Counted from the stretch's first letter, positions 33,543 to 42,716 are shown. The stretch is DNA of 43,258 nt from a virus (IMGVR_UViG_3300027740_000046:1-43258); one strand, 5' to 3'. The notes: generated from the letters alone by a model not told the origin. Numbers and translations: made by a program.

Positions 33543-34636
33543 ATAATTCAACAAGATTGATAGACGGCAATGGTGCTGGTAAGGACGGCTTTACCGAAGG
33601 CAATCCTGGTACGGTCGCGGCTACACGTGTTACCGATGATTGGCTCAACGATAGTCAAGAAGAGGTGTGTAATGTTATCGAGAGAACTGGTCTAACTCTA
33701 GTAAAGGGAGATCAAGACCAATTGTCGGAATCGCTTAGCCGATTATTTCGGGATATAACGCTTAGCAACTGGACAAAGCAAACACCTGCGAATGCCGCGC
33801 ATGATTTTACCGGTAGCGCTACCAATGGTAATATAACATGTTTGGTGACGTTTAACGGTGATATTGAATATACTTATGACGGCCTAAACTGGACCAGTGT
33901 TACATTGGGTAGCAATCTGTTTTCAATAGCTTACGGAAACGGTTATTGGGTAGCAGTAGGAAACGCGGGCGCCCTTTATTATACTACCGATCCCACGGGC
34001 GCTTGGACTTCCAACACTCAAGGCTCTGGTCAGCTCCTCACGGTAGCTTACGGTAACGGCTACTGGGTCGCAGCGGGAAGTTTGGGCATATTATATTACA
34101 GAGCTACGAATCCTGTTGGGACGTGGACGTCTAATACGCAGGCAGGAGGTAATGCTATTTTCGCGATAGCTTACGGTAACGGCTATTGGGTCGCCGCATG
34201 CTATTACGCCACGACAAATCTATTTTACAAAGCTACCGATCCCACGGGCGCTTGGACCTCAAACACTCAAGGGACGCAATCTTTGTACGCGGTAGCCTAC
34301 GGTGACATCAAAGGTGTAGGCACATGGATTGTGGGAGGTACGCTAGGAACTATATATACCAAACTATCGATACCTAGTGGGGCATGGACGTTTCGCGTTG
34401 GCGCAAGTTCCGCAACCATACACGGTTTGATAATGGCTAACGATTTTGCTGTAGTGGTTTTTAATATATCAGTGTCGCTAAAAGGAATAGAAACAACTTA
34501 CGACGGAATTACATTTACCAATCGACCGAATACGACCGCGGAGGACTTGACCGCAATAATCTATGCTCACAACCTGTTTATCGCCGCCGGAACCAACGGC
34601 GAGATACACACCTCGTTACGACTTGGTATTTATTGA
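33530..34636 (+). CDS. Tail fibre/receptor-binding protein with beta-propeller repeats
   Basis: MHRID..FTEGNP..ATRVTDDWLNDSQEE fibre N-terminus; AYGNGYWVA repeats. Confidence 0.85.
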   Translation: MHRIDNSTRLIDGNGAGKDGFTEGNPGTVAATRVTDDWLNDSQEEVCNVIERTGLTLVKGDQDQLSESLSRLFRDITLSNWTKQTPANAAHDFTGSATNGNITCLVTFNGDIEYTYDGLNWTSVTLGSNLFSIAYGNGYWVAVGNAGALYYTTDPTGAWTSNTQGSGQLLTVAYGNGYWVAAGSLGILYYRATNPVGTWTSNTQAGGNAIFAIAYGNGYWVAACYYATTNLFYKATDPTGAWTSNTQGTQSLYAVAYGDIKGVGTWIVGGTLGTIYTKLSIPSGAWTFRVGASSATIHGLIMANDFAVVVFNISVSLKGIETTYDGITFTNRPNTTAEDLTAIIYAHNLFIAAGTNGEIHTSLRLGIY

Positions 34637-34649
34637 TAGGAGAAACAAA

Positions 34650-35060
34650 ATGTCGGAGCTAACGAAATCGAATGGATACGAAATAGCAAACAACGTGCGA
34701 GTGGGCACTGGTCAGTCATGGTTCTCACCGCATATGGAATTGCAGCGTAACATGCCTGGCGTGAGTTACGAGGTCAAACTTAAGGGTAATGGTACAGGCT
34801 CGTTTGTTCCGCGTGGCGGTAACCGTGCGAGACATCAACGCGGCGGTGAAGTTGTGACCACTCCGACCACCGATCTGGATGGCGAGCGTTTACCGCAAAT
34901 ATCTGGCATATTGTCAACGGACTTACCGGATATTACAACCGCTCCGTTTGAAAAGACTATCAATATAGGGAATATTAATTGTAACTATGCCGAGTTAGAA
35001 TTCAAATGCCTGACCGGTACGTTTTTCTTGACGGTTATCGCCGCCGGTAAAGCCGCGTGA
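34650..35060 (+). CDS. Hypothetical protein
   Basis: AGGAG SD; within the tail operon. Confidence 0.65.
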   Translation: MSELTKSNGYEIANNVRVGTGQSWFSPHMELQRNMPGVSYEVKLKGNGTGSFVPRGGNRARHQRGGEVVTTPTTDLDGERLPQISGILSTDLPDITTAPFEKTINIGNINCNYAELEFKCLTGTFFLTVIAAGKAA

Positions 35061-35067
35061 GGATGTT

Positions 35068-36519
35068 ATGCGTGCTGGATTACAAATACAATTAATAATC
35101 TCCAAGCGTTTACCGATAACGGCGGGAGAGGTTTTGCGTTTGTCTTTCGATCTCATCTCCTTTGCGAACGCGTCGAACGCGCGCTATGCGATTAATCCGG
35201 TAACGGGTGAGATTGTTGGACCATACGGAGCGGCCGTACTTGCGGAAATACCAGTAGCCGGTAGGCGGTGTTTGGTATTACGTGGGGCTGCTAATGCGTT
35301 TACAGACCTCGGTCAGCAATATAGCGAGGGTTATGTACTCGCTCTAGCCAGTCTTGGCGACGGAATAGCACTAGCCGGCACGGGTCCGAATGGTAAGATC
35401 CTACGCTCGACGAATCACGGGGCTACATGGACAGACCTCGGTCAGCAGTATAGTGAGGCTTATATACTCGCTCTAGCCAGTCTTGGCGACGGAATAGCAC
35501 TAGCCGGTACACGTCTGAATGGTAAGATCCTACGCTCGACGAATCACGGGGCTACATGGACAGACCTCGGTCAGCAATATAGCCAGAATTATATATTCGC
35601 TCTAGCCAGTCTTGGCGACGGAATAGCACTAGCCGGCACATGTCCGAATGGTAAGATCCTACGCTCGACGAATCACGGGGCTACATGGACAGACCTCGGT
35701 CAGCAATATAGCCAGACCGATGTACGCGCTCTAGCCAGTCTTGGCGACGGAATAGCACTAGCCGGCACGAGTCCGAATGGTAAGATCCTACGCTCGACGA
35801 ATCACGGGGCTACATGGACAGACCTCGGTCAGCAGTATAGCCAGACCGATATACTCGCTCTAGCCAGTCTTGGCGGCGGAATAGCACTAGCCGGCACGGG
35901 TACAAGCGGTAAGATACTACGCTCGACGAATCACGGGGCTACATGGACAGACCTCGGTCAGCAGTATAGTGAGGCTTATATATTCGCTCTAGGCAGTCTT
36001 GGCGGCGGAATAGCACTAGCCGGTACACATTCGGGCGGCAAGATACTACGTTCGAAGAATAATTCCTATTCTCAGTTTAAAGATCAAGCTTTTTACACGA
36101 CCGCTGTAGTCCCCGTTGCGTTTCGCAATCGTGTTTTATCTTTGCGCATACCCGAATATTCCAGCGCGGAATTAGCGCTGTGTACACCTGGAAGCAAACG
36201 CTATCTTTTTCGATATGCCGATAGCGGAGCGAATGCGTTCGGAGTTTATCTACTGAGCACCGATCAAAAACTCTACGCGGAAGTCAATGGTGTTAACGTA
36301 GCGGCGACTGCTACGGCCTGTACATGGTCGGCATATCAGCAAATCTGCGCTCGCGTGGATCGTGCAGCGGGTACTGTTGCGTTAACTGGTATGACCACGG
36401 GTGACGATGCGTTATCGTTTACGCCCCCGGCCGTGAGCAATGGTAATTTGTATCTGGGCATGGACGACAACGAAGCCAATCAGTTCGAAGGATTCTGCGC
36501 TGAACCGGAGTTATGGTAA
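35068..36519 (+). CDS. BNR/Asp-box beta-propeller protein, probably a virion appendage
   Basis: Six 43-aa repeats containing RSTNHGATW. Confidence 0.8.
   Translation: MRAGLQIQLIISKRLPITAGEVLRLSFDLISFANASNARYAINPVTGEIVGPYGAAVLAEIPVAGRRCLVLRGAANAFTDLGQQYSEGYVLALASLGDGIALAGTGPNGKILRSTNHGATWTDLGQQYSEAYILALASLGDGIALAGTRLNGKILRSTNHGATWTDLGQQYSQNYIFALASLGDGIALAGTCPNGKILRSTNHGATWTDLGQQYSQTDVRALASLGDGIALAGTSPNGKILRSTNHGATWTDLGQQYSQTDILALASLGGGIALAGTGTSGKILRSTNHGATWTDLGQQYSEAYIFALGSLGGGIALAGTHSGGKILRSKNNSYSQFKDQAFYTTAVVPVAFRNRVLSLRIPEYSSAELALCTPGSKRYLFRYADSGANAFGVYLLSTDQKLYAEVNGVNVAATATACTWSAYQQICARVDRAAGTVALTGMTTGDDALSFTPPAVSNGNLYLGMDDNEANQFEGFCAEPELW
35302..36055. repeat. 129-bp tandem repeat, about 5.8 copies
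   Basis: Units start at 35302, 35431, 35560, 35689, 35818, 35947. Confidence 0.95.
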
Positions 36520-36520
36520 C

Positions 36521-37123
36521 ATGATTTGTCGAGTATGCACGCTTATCGAGGACGGCAAAGGAACACCTTTGCTGAATCAGTTTCCCGGAGCCGGTCAGGT
36601 CAGTTACCAGGACGGCACAGTATATGTGGTGTATATGCCATACGCAAACAGGCGCGCGCCACACAGCCTTATATTGTGGAAGCATTCGCCAGGATTATAT
36701 GCGATATTCGGCTCGAAAAGTCTTTGCAAGGCCTTCTCGACTCGTAGTATTATAGCCTATGCAAATCAGACTACGCACGGCTGGCGATGCTTTTTGGCTA
36801 GCGGTATAGATACCGCAATTAATCCGATTACAGGCTTGCCGATCGGCGCGGTGATCGATCGATATCGTCGCTTTTTCATGCAACCACCTAGCCTGGTGAA
36901 CGCCGGAAATCCATGGACAGATCCCGGGAATACAACGTTCACGATTACCAGATTAGATCCGATCCTGAACACCACTTGCGGACCAATAAATATGGTAGCA
37001 TGTGCAACGGCTGTTTCCGATCCGAACGATCAACCCGGCGAACTCACCGCGATGGCGAGTGAGGTCTTGGCCGAAGGCGACTTGGTAACGGCAAACGGCG
37101 AAGATGTGATAGTATACGGATGA
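36521..37123 (+). CDS. Hypothetical protein
   Basis: Starts 1 nt after the upstream stop. Confidence 0.65.
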   Translation: MICRVCTLIEDGKGTPLLNQFPGAGQVSYQDGTVYVVYMPYANRRAPHSLILWKHSPGLYAIFGSKSLCKAFSTRSIIAYANQTTHGWRCFLASGIDTAINPITGLPIGAVIDRYRRFFMQPPSLVNAGNPWTDPGNTTFTITRLDPILNTTCGPINMVACATAVSDPNDQPGELTAMASEVLAEGDLVTANGEDVIVYG

Positions 37124-37130
37124 CAAAACC

Positions 37131-38315
37131 ATGGCGCGCGAACACAGAGATATTAACCCGACGTACGGTAATCATCCAATACAGGATGGTCTACCAATAG
37201 TCGACGACGGCGCCCGACTCGCGATAGCGCAGACCGCGACCGATCGCGGGCGCGTGGTTGAGCAAGCGGGCGGAGCGATGCCCGGATTTTACGTCGCCGA
37301 CGGCGCGGGCGGCTGGCTTTATCTCGGTGGTTTTCTCTCGACGCCGGGAGCCTTGGCTCTCGACCGATTACCCGGCGGTGGGACCGGCGAGCAAGGACCG
37401 GCGGGCATTCAGGGGCCTCCCGGCCCGCAGGGACCGCCGGGAGATCAAGGAATACCTGGAGCAACCGGTGACGGAGGACTAGCCGGTGACAAGGGCGCTA
37501 CGGGCGATAAAGGCGCTACAGGAGACGCCGGGTCGAACGGCGTCCCAGGCCTACCGGGGGATAAGGGTGCAACGGGAGACCAAGGACCAGGAGGCTTGCC
37601 CGGCTCCCAAGGAATACCAGGAATACAAGGGTTGCCTGGTGTCGCTGGCGACCAGGGGCCGCCGGGAGACCAAGGACCTGTCGGCGATCAGGGCTCGCAG
37701 GGCTTACCCGGCGGTCAGGGACTACCAGGTGCTACCGGGGATAAGGGTGCAACGGGAGACGCCGGCGCTACCGGGATCGGCGTTGACTATCGTCATGTTG
37801 GCATAATCAATTACGAGTCGTGGTATACGAGTCCGACTACGGGTACCGCGCTAACCACTGGCGCGATAACGGCAGGGCGTATGTATGCCCTACCATTCGT
37901 GGCGCCCAAAGCGATTACGCTCGATCGTATTGCGATTAACGTGACTACGCTAGGGACAGGTAATGCACGACTAGGGATTTACGACGATGCCGGTAACTAT
38001 CCCGGAGCGCTTATTCTCGATGCCGGTGAAATCTCGGTAGTGACGACCGGCGTAAAGAGTGTCACGATAAACCAAGCGCTGACGCCCGGGCTTAAATGGC
38101 TTGTATTGATTAGCGCGGGTACGCCCACGGTTCGCGCGTTTGCAGTGGCTAGTCTAATACCCGTGCTCGGGTATGGGAATACTCTACCGGCCGCGCCTAA
38201 TTTTGGCGTTTACAGAACGTTCGCTTACTCTTCGTTACCTACGCCGTTCGGCGCATTGACTGCTATGATTACCGCCGTACCGATCCCGGCGATATTTGTG
38301 AGATTATCAGCATAG
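37131..38315 (+). CDS. Collagen-like (Gly-X-Y) fibre protein
   Basis: Long uninterrupted GXY tract followed by a globular C-terminal domain. Confidence 0.9.
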   Translation: MAREHRDINPTYGNHPIQDGLPIVDDGARLAIAQTATDRGRVVEQAGGAMPGFYVADGAGGWLYLGGFLSTPGALALDRLPGGGTGEQGPAGIQGPPGPQGPPGDQGIPGATGDGGLAGDKGATGDKGATGDAGSNGVPGLPGDKGATGDQGPGGLPGSQGIPGIQGLPGVAGDQGPPGDQGPVGDQGSQGLPGGQGLPGATGDKGATGDAGATGIGVDYRHVGIINYESWYTSPTTGTALTTGAITAGRMYALPFVAPKAITLDRIAINVTTLGTGNARLGIYDDAGNYPGALILDAGEISVVTTGVKSVTINQALTPGLKWLVLISAGTPTVRAFAVASLIPVLGYGNTLPAAPNFGVYRTFAYSSLPTPFGALTAMITAVPIPAIFVRLSA

Positions 38316-38328
38316 GAGAAATAAGATT

Positions 38329-38628
38329 ATGACCGACAGTAATCCGAAAATACCAACAGCAAGTATACCGCCTACCGAACATAAAATATCGGTAGCGTCG
38401 ATCATAGCGCATACCGTGATCGATGCGCTGGCTATTTGCGCGATTACCCTGCTCACGGTAAGCGGCAAAGTGTCCGTCGACCTTGGCGTTAGTTTAATCG
38501 CGCTCATCGCGGGTATCTGGGCTAAAATGCAAAGCGGCTCGGGCAAACTACCGCCCAACGGCGGGTTGGTCGTTGGTCTTGTGACCGGTGGATTTGATTT
38601 GATTAAATCCATAGTAGGTAGGAGTTGA
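38329..38628 (+). CDS. Small membrane protein, holin candidate
   Basis: AGGAG SD; 2-3 hydrophobic helices; upstream of the lysis region. Confidence 0.55.
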   Translation: MTDSNPKIPTASIPPTEHKISVASIIAHTVIDALAICAITLLTVSGKVSVDLGVSLIALIAGIWAKMQSGSGKLPPNGGLVVGLVTGGFDLIKSIVGRS

Positions 38629-38653
38629 CAAAGCGCCGGAAACGAGTTAGGCT
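38625..38653 (+). promoter_or_regulatory. Putative sigma70 promoter
   Basis: TTGACA-17 bp-TAGGCT. Confidence 0.55.
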
Positions 38654-38693
38654 TTAATCGGCCCCTTAAAAGGCAAGCGAAAATATGCGAAAC

Positions 38694-38830
38694 AAATACC
38701 GGTCGGGCGCCGTGCAAAGCGCGGTTCAAAGATTCTCACGGCCGGTATTTCCTATTTATGGGACGCACGTCGAGGAGTCCGTTCTAACCAAAGTACACGG
38801 TCGGGAGAAGGTGAGTCTTCTCGGCGTGCG
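38694..38830 (+). ncRNA. Candidate structured RNA or leader with two long stems
   Basis: 38694-38705 pairs with 38739-38750; 38764-38777 pairs with 38817-38830; both include G-U pairs. Confidence 0.45.
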
Positions 38831-38855
38831 ACTCGCCAGTCATGGAGAATAGATA

Positions 38856-39128
38856 ATGTATAAACGATTTATAGCGGGTTTTACAGGTGTTTTAGTGGGT
38901 ATCGCGATAGTATGGTATCTCGCAAGTTGCGCGGCGATGCTGCCCGTTATTCGCGGTATCGTGGATATCGCTACCTTACTTTGCGAAAATTCGATGAGCG
39001 AGCAACCGAAAGCCGTTCTTGGCGGCAAGACCGTAAAGCAATTTTGTAGGATCGAGAAAAACCTAAAACCGTTCATAGATGAAACGCTAAAAGCAAAACA
39101 AAACGCTTGTCAGACACTACAGGAATAG
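38856..39128 (+). CDS. Small membrane protein or lipoprotein
   Basis: GGAG SD; hydrophobic N-terminus ending LASC. Confidence 0.65.
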   Translation: MYKRFIAGFTGVLVGIAIVWYLASCAAMLPVIRGIVDIATLLCENSMSEQPKAVLGGKTVKQFCRIEKNLKPFIDETLKAKQNACQTLQE

Positions 39129-39132
39129 TACG

Positions 39133-39921
39133 ATGAATCGCGGCTTAGGCTACCTGCATCCCGATCCAAAGCTACTGGCTAAGCGCTGGCCGATCACTCA
39201 CGAGAGGCTCGCGCTCGCTGCGACCTCGCCCGCGGGATATGCGAATAATGCCTGGCAAACGGTCGGAGTGCTCGACCAATGGTCGCTCGGTACGTGTGTC
39301 GAAAACGGGTATATGGAGTTGATTCGGGCGAATAGCAAAAAGCTATTTCCTGACACGATACCCGCGTTAGGCTCGCGGCTCATGGCCTATTTAATCGCTC
39401 AGATAGCATCGGGGCAAACGGACCCGATAATCGATAACGGACTGGATCCGTTAATCGGGATTGATGCGTTAAAGAGGCACGGTGTTTGCGCCGAGAAAGA
39501 TTGGCCATACACGGACGGCGCGGGCTGGAACAAATGGCCTAAGGACTTAGCGCGCAGGTTTAGGGACGCTTACGATATGCACGATCTCGAAGCTTTTTTC
39601 GTGCAGACGACGGGCGCGCGCAGAGTAGACGATGTAAAGATTCTGCTCGATCGGGGCTATCAGGTTGGCATCGGCGGCAACATAGGGCAAGAGTATCGCA
39701 CGTGGAAAAAAGGCGATAAACCACTGGATCCTCCGACCATTTCAATCGGTGGACATTTTCGCGTCATAGAGGGCTATGACGGAGATATTTTTAGCGAACT
39801 AGGAAGCTGGGGAGCCGATAGCGCTGATAACGGGCGCTGGCTTATTAGCGCTGATTATGTTGCATCGCCGCGCACGTCAACACTCATGGTGATTAAAAAG
39901 GCTCTGGTGATAACGCTATGA
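39133..39921 (+). CDS. Papain-like (C1) cysteine peptidase
   Basis: DQWSLGTC, GVCAEKDWPY, GGH, EGYD, SWG. Confidence 0.85.
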   Translation: MNRGLGYLHPDPKLLAKRWPITHERLALAATSPAGYANNAWQTVGVLDQWSLGTCVENGYMELIRANSKKLFPDTIPALGSRLMAYLIAQIASGQTDPIIDNGLDPLIGIDALKRHGVCAEKDWPYTDGAGWNKWPKDLARRFRDAYDMHDLEAFFVQTTGARRVDDVKILLDRGYQVGIGGNIGQEYRTWKKGDKPLDPPTISIGGHFRVIEGYDGDIFSELGSWGADSADNGRWLISADYVASPRTSTLMVIKKALVITL

Positions 39922-40199
39922 AATCTATTGTAATGGTAGTCCTATTATTCGCCATAATCACGGTATTTCAAGAGGCGTGTGGCGGCATAACTCCTACGCC
40001 CGATCCGATACCGCCGCCGACCTGTACCGAGGTTTGCGCGTGGTGGTCGCTACATGGATGCATCGAGGGAGAGTCGACGCCCAACCGCGCGCCCTGCACC
40101 GAGTGGTGCGCGAAAGCGGTTGAGATTTCGGCGTTCGCCGCGCGCTTCGAATGTATCCTTAGTAGCGCGAATTGCGAGAGTTCGAGGCAATGCGAATAG
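39918..40199 (+). CDS. Cys-rich secreted protein or lipoprotein
   Basis: Signal peptide with EACGG, Pro-rich linker, multiple Cys. Confidence 0.65.
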   Translation: MKSIVMVVLLFAIITVFQEACGGITPTPDPIPPPTCTEVCAWWSLHGCIEGESTPNRAPCTEWCAKAVEISAFAARFECILSSANCESSRQCE

Positions 40200-40561
40200 C
40201 TCCTTTCGCGATTCTGTTGATCGGAGTCGCGTTTTTGGCCGATGCGCAACCGGCGAAAAGGCCGAGTGCGAAAGACGTTTTCGAGCACGCGACCGACCTG
40301 TACCGAGCAGGCAGATACCGAGAAGCGGCTGGAGGATATCGGCAAGCGTACGAAATCGAGCCAAATACGAGCACTTTGCTTGCGGCCGCGCGCGCGTATT
40401 ACCGCGAAAAAGGAATCATATGCGTACCCTGGACAGATGTCGCGGCTTTACGATTACAGGCTATAGAGAGCAAAAAGATCTATGATGAGTGGATGGGTGA
40501 GACGTCAATAGCGCCGCGTGACGAGTTACCACCTAACCCGTTCGAGGACGACAATGACTGA
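40190..40561 (+). CDS. Secreted TPR-like protein
   Basis: Signal peptide; A..LYRAGRYREAA..YRQAYEIEP. Confidence 0.7.
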   Translation: MRIAPFAILLIGVAFLADAQPAKRPSAKDVFEHATDLYRAGRYREAAGGYRQAYEIEPNTSTLLAAARAYYREKGIICVPWTDVAALRLQAIESKKIYDEWMGETSIAPRDELPPNPFEDDND

Positions 40562-40997
40562 CTACACGATTCATCCGTGGATTGATATCGCGGTGCGCGA
40601 GCTGGGCGTATCAGAAATCGCAGGAACTAGGACGAATAAACGAATTGCGGAATACCTCAAAGGCGTGGGCGCGAACGAAAGCGACGAAACCCCGTGGTGC
40701 TCGGCATTTATGAATTGGACGCTGCGAAAAGCCGGATATGCCGTGACCGGGAAAGCTAACGCGAGAAGCTGGGTCGAGTACGGCGAGTACATGACCGACC
40801 CGATTTACGGCGCAATCGTGGTATTTTGGCGCGACCAACCTATTGGATGGATGGGTCACGTAGCGTTTTTTTTGTGCGACGCGGGCGAATTTGTTAAGGT
40901 GCTCGGCGGAAATCAGAGCGACTCTGTTCGCGCGGCGCTATACCCCCGAGCGCGGCTAATTGGGTATCGCTGGCCGGTGCGTCCGGCCGCGATCTAG
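40554..40997 (+). CDS. TIGR02594-family NlpC/P60-like peptidoglycan hydrolase, endolysin candidate
   Basis: PWIDIA..ELGVSEI, DETPWCSAF, ARSW, GHVAF, VLGGNQSD, GYRWP. Confidence 0.92.
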   Translation: MTDYTIHPWIDIAVRELGVSEIAGTRTNKRIAEYLKGVGANESDETPWCSAFMNWTLRKAGYAVTGKANARSWVEYGEYMTDPIYGAIVVFWRDQPIGWMGHVAFFLCDAGEFVKVLGGNQSDSVRAALYPRARLIGYRWPVRPAAI

Positions 40998-41197
40998 CGG
41001 GGGGATCTCTGCTTGTCCTGCAGCCAATCCTCGAGCGCCGCGCGGGGATAGCGCACGGGAGAGCGTAGCGAACCAAGACGGATATAGGGTGGTCCGTTGT
41101 CCCCCTGGCGCCAGCGAGACACGGTAGACAGCGAGACGCGTAAGTGGTCGGCCAACTCCTGGGGAGTGAGATAGCTGTCAGTCGAGACAGTTGTCAT
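40994..41197 (-). CDS. Excisionase/AlpA-like HTH DNA-binding protein
   Basis: YLTPQELADHLRVSLSTVSRWR, GPPYIRLG, VRY. Confidence 0.9.
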   Translation of the reverse strand: MTTVSTDSYLTPQELADHLRVSLSTVSRWRQGDNGPPYIRLGSLRSPVRYPRAALEDWLQDKQRSPR

Positions 41198-41209
41198 ACT
41201 TCTCCTTCA

Positions 41210-41288
41210 CGGCGCCGACGTGGCGCCGATCGAGCTCTAGCGCTCGCCACGCCCCCCCGGCTGTCCGGGGGGACGGGACCAGAGCTAG
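41210..41288. repeat. 79-bp intergenic direct repeat, copy 1
   Basis: About 90% identical to 41537-41615; contains hairpin CCCCCGG-CTGT-CCGGGGG. Confidence 0.92.
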
Positions 41289-41518
41289 ATAGTCGACCAG
41301 TCGTCCCCGTCGTCTCCGTACTCGGATACCATGGTATCCGACTGACCGACCCAAATTAAACACCGACCTGTCCCCAGCGAGTAGACGGTCCCCCCGTCCT
41401 CCTCGCGTATGCGATCCATTTCAATGGTGCGCGCGGCATCCGCGTCGACACCGATGCGGTAATAGCATTGCTCGCGCTTTGTCTCTTCGATTCCTTCGAT
41501 ATAATCATACAGTGTCAT
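41285..41518 (-). CDS. Acidic hypothetical protein, 77 aa
   Basis: AAGGAG SD; bounded by the two 79-bp repeats. Confidence 0.65.
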   Translation of the reverse strand: MTLYDYIEGIEETKREQCYYRIGVDADAARTIEMDRIREEDGGTVYSLGTGRCLIWVGQSDTMVSEYGDDGDDWSTI

Positions 41519-41536
41519 AATTCTCTCCTTTTTTTC

Positions 41537-41615
41537 CGGCGCCGACACGGCACCGATCGAGCTCTAGCGCTCGCCACGCCCCCCCGGCTGTCCGGGGGAG
41601 CGGGACCAGTGCTAG
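41537..41615. repeat. 79-bp intergenic direct repeat, copy 2
   Basis: About 90% identical to 41210-41288. Confidence 0.92.
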
Positions 41616-42304
41616 TCGCGCATATTCCGCGTCGCGAGCGATACCGAGGTCGTACCGATATAATATTTTCCGACCGGGATTAGCACGTCGGGATGCCGAA
41701 TCCCGTCCACCGCGGTGTGCCGCAGCGTAACCGGTTCGGTAACGCGGTACTGTCGTCCTCTCGCGCCGTCGTGGTACAGCACGGGAGCGAGGAAACCGTG
41801 GTGTCCAGCACCCATCGACTCGTGCTTAAAAGCCTCGTCCGCGTATCCCTGTCCATTCGCGGGCCGCAGAAGGAAATCACCCTGCTGGATCACACCGGTG
41901 TCGCTCCGGCCGAGTCCCAGCTTCCGCAGTCGATGCAGTAGCTTCTCGGGGTCGCATGTGACCCAGCCGGCTGTCGCGCGTGCGCGATGTGTGTAGATGT
42001 GGCCTGAATCGCCGCGGAAGACAAAAAAGCAAAACGACTGTCGACCACCAACGCGGTGCTGGTCGTTCCTGAGCCCACACAATCCGGTGATACGGACTAC
42101 CTGTCCGTCGGTCGAGACGCTGGTGGTATGCGAGTGAGTGCGACCATACATGCCGCGTTGGTGGTCGTTGATCTCCCAGTACGAGATCGTCAGCTGGGAG
42201 GACTGCTGATGGATCTCGAGCGTCGGGAACAAATCTCTGGGCCCAGCCCAATTGCCCAATCGGGTGTACTTGCACTCTTTTTCCAGTATCGCTATTTTTT
42301 GCAT
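41612..42304 (-). CDS. Hypothetical protein, 230 aa
   Basis: AAGGAGAAGGA SD; QQGDFLLRP...H..V.IPVGKY tail resembling conserved phage hypotheticals. Confidence 0.7.
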   Translation of the reverse strand: MQKIAILEKECKYTRLGNWAGPRDLFPTLEIHQQSSQLTISYWEINDHQRGMYGRTHSHTTSVSTDGQVVRITGLCGLRNDQHRVGGRQSFCFFVFRGDSGHIYTHRARATAGWVTCDPEKLLHRLRKLGLGRSDTGVIQQGDFLLRPANGQGYADEAFKHESMGAGHHGFLAPVLYHDGARGRQYRVTEPVTLRHTAVDGIRHPDVLIPVGKYYIGTTSVSLATRNMRD

Positions 42305-42420
42305 TTTCCTTCTCCTTTTTTGGCCACCGACGTGGCGACCATATTAATAGTGATGCACGAGTCATGCCAGCGAAAAAAAGAGCAAAAAAACCCCTATTTT
42401 TAAGATTTGACGTCGCGTCG

Positions 42421-42494
42421 TCTACGCAAAATGTATCAATTCACCCCAACTCTGCGCAACTTGTATCATTTCGCATCAACGCTACGCATAAATG
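42421..42494. repeat. Degenerate 30-bp tandem repeat in a non-coding region
   Basis: TCTACGCAAAATGTATCAATTCACCCCAAC / TCTGCGCAACTTGTATCATTTCGCATCAAC / GCTACGCATAAATG. Confidence 0.65.
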
Positions 42495-42584
42495 ACATAT
42501 AATTACAGTATAATGTTCAGTGGTTTTGAGCCTTTTGACCATACGTTGCACTACGACATTAATGTCGCGATGCAACTCCCATGC

Positions 42585-42695
42585 GTCGCGACTCATAAGC
42601 CGTCGCGCTGGCATTGGTTGGCGCTACGCCGTGTAACGTGGCAGCAATTCTGCGCGCGCGTCGCGACTCATAAGCCGTCGCGCTGGCATTAATAG
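42585..42695 (-). CRISPR. Second mini-array: repeats J (42660-42695) and I (42585-42620) with one 39-bp spacer
   Basis: I is a perfect 36/36 copy; J matches over the 31-bp core. Confidence 0.92.
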
Positions 42696-42716
42696 GATAC
42701 GCCGAGTATCGCGGCG

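Noticed and set aside
35302-36055. Diversity-generating retroelement, or a CRISPR array
   Set aside because: No reverse transcriptase or template/variable region pair; these are in-frame coding tandem repeats.
38694-38830. tRNA or tracrRNA
   Set aside because: No proper cloverleaf arms and no complementarity to the repeat; kept only as an unclassified structured RNA.
40994-41197. Integration module implied by the excisionase-like gene
   Set aside because: No tyrosine or serine recombinase or att site recognised.
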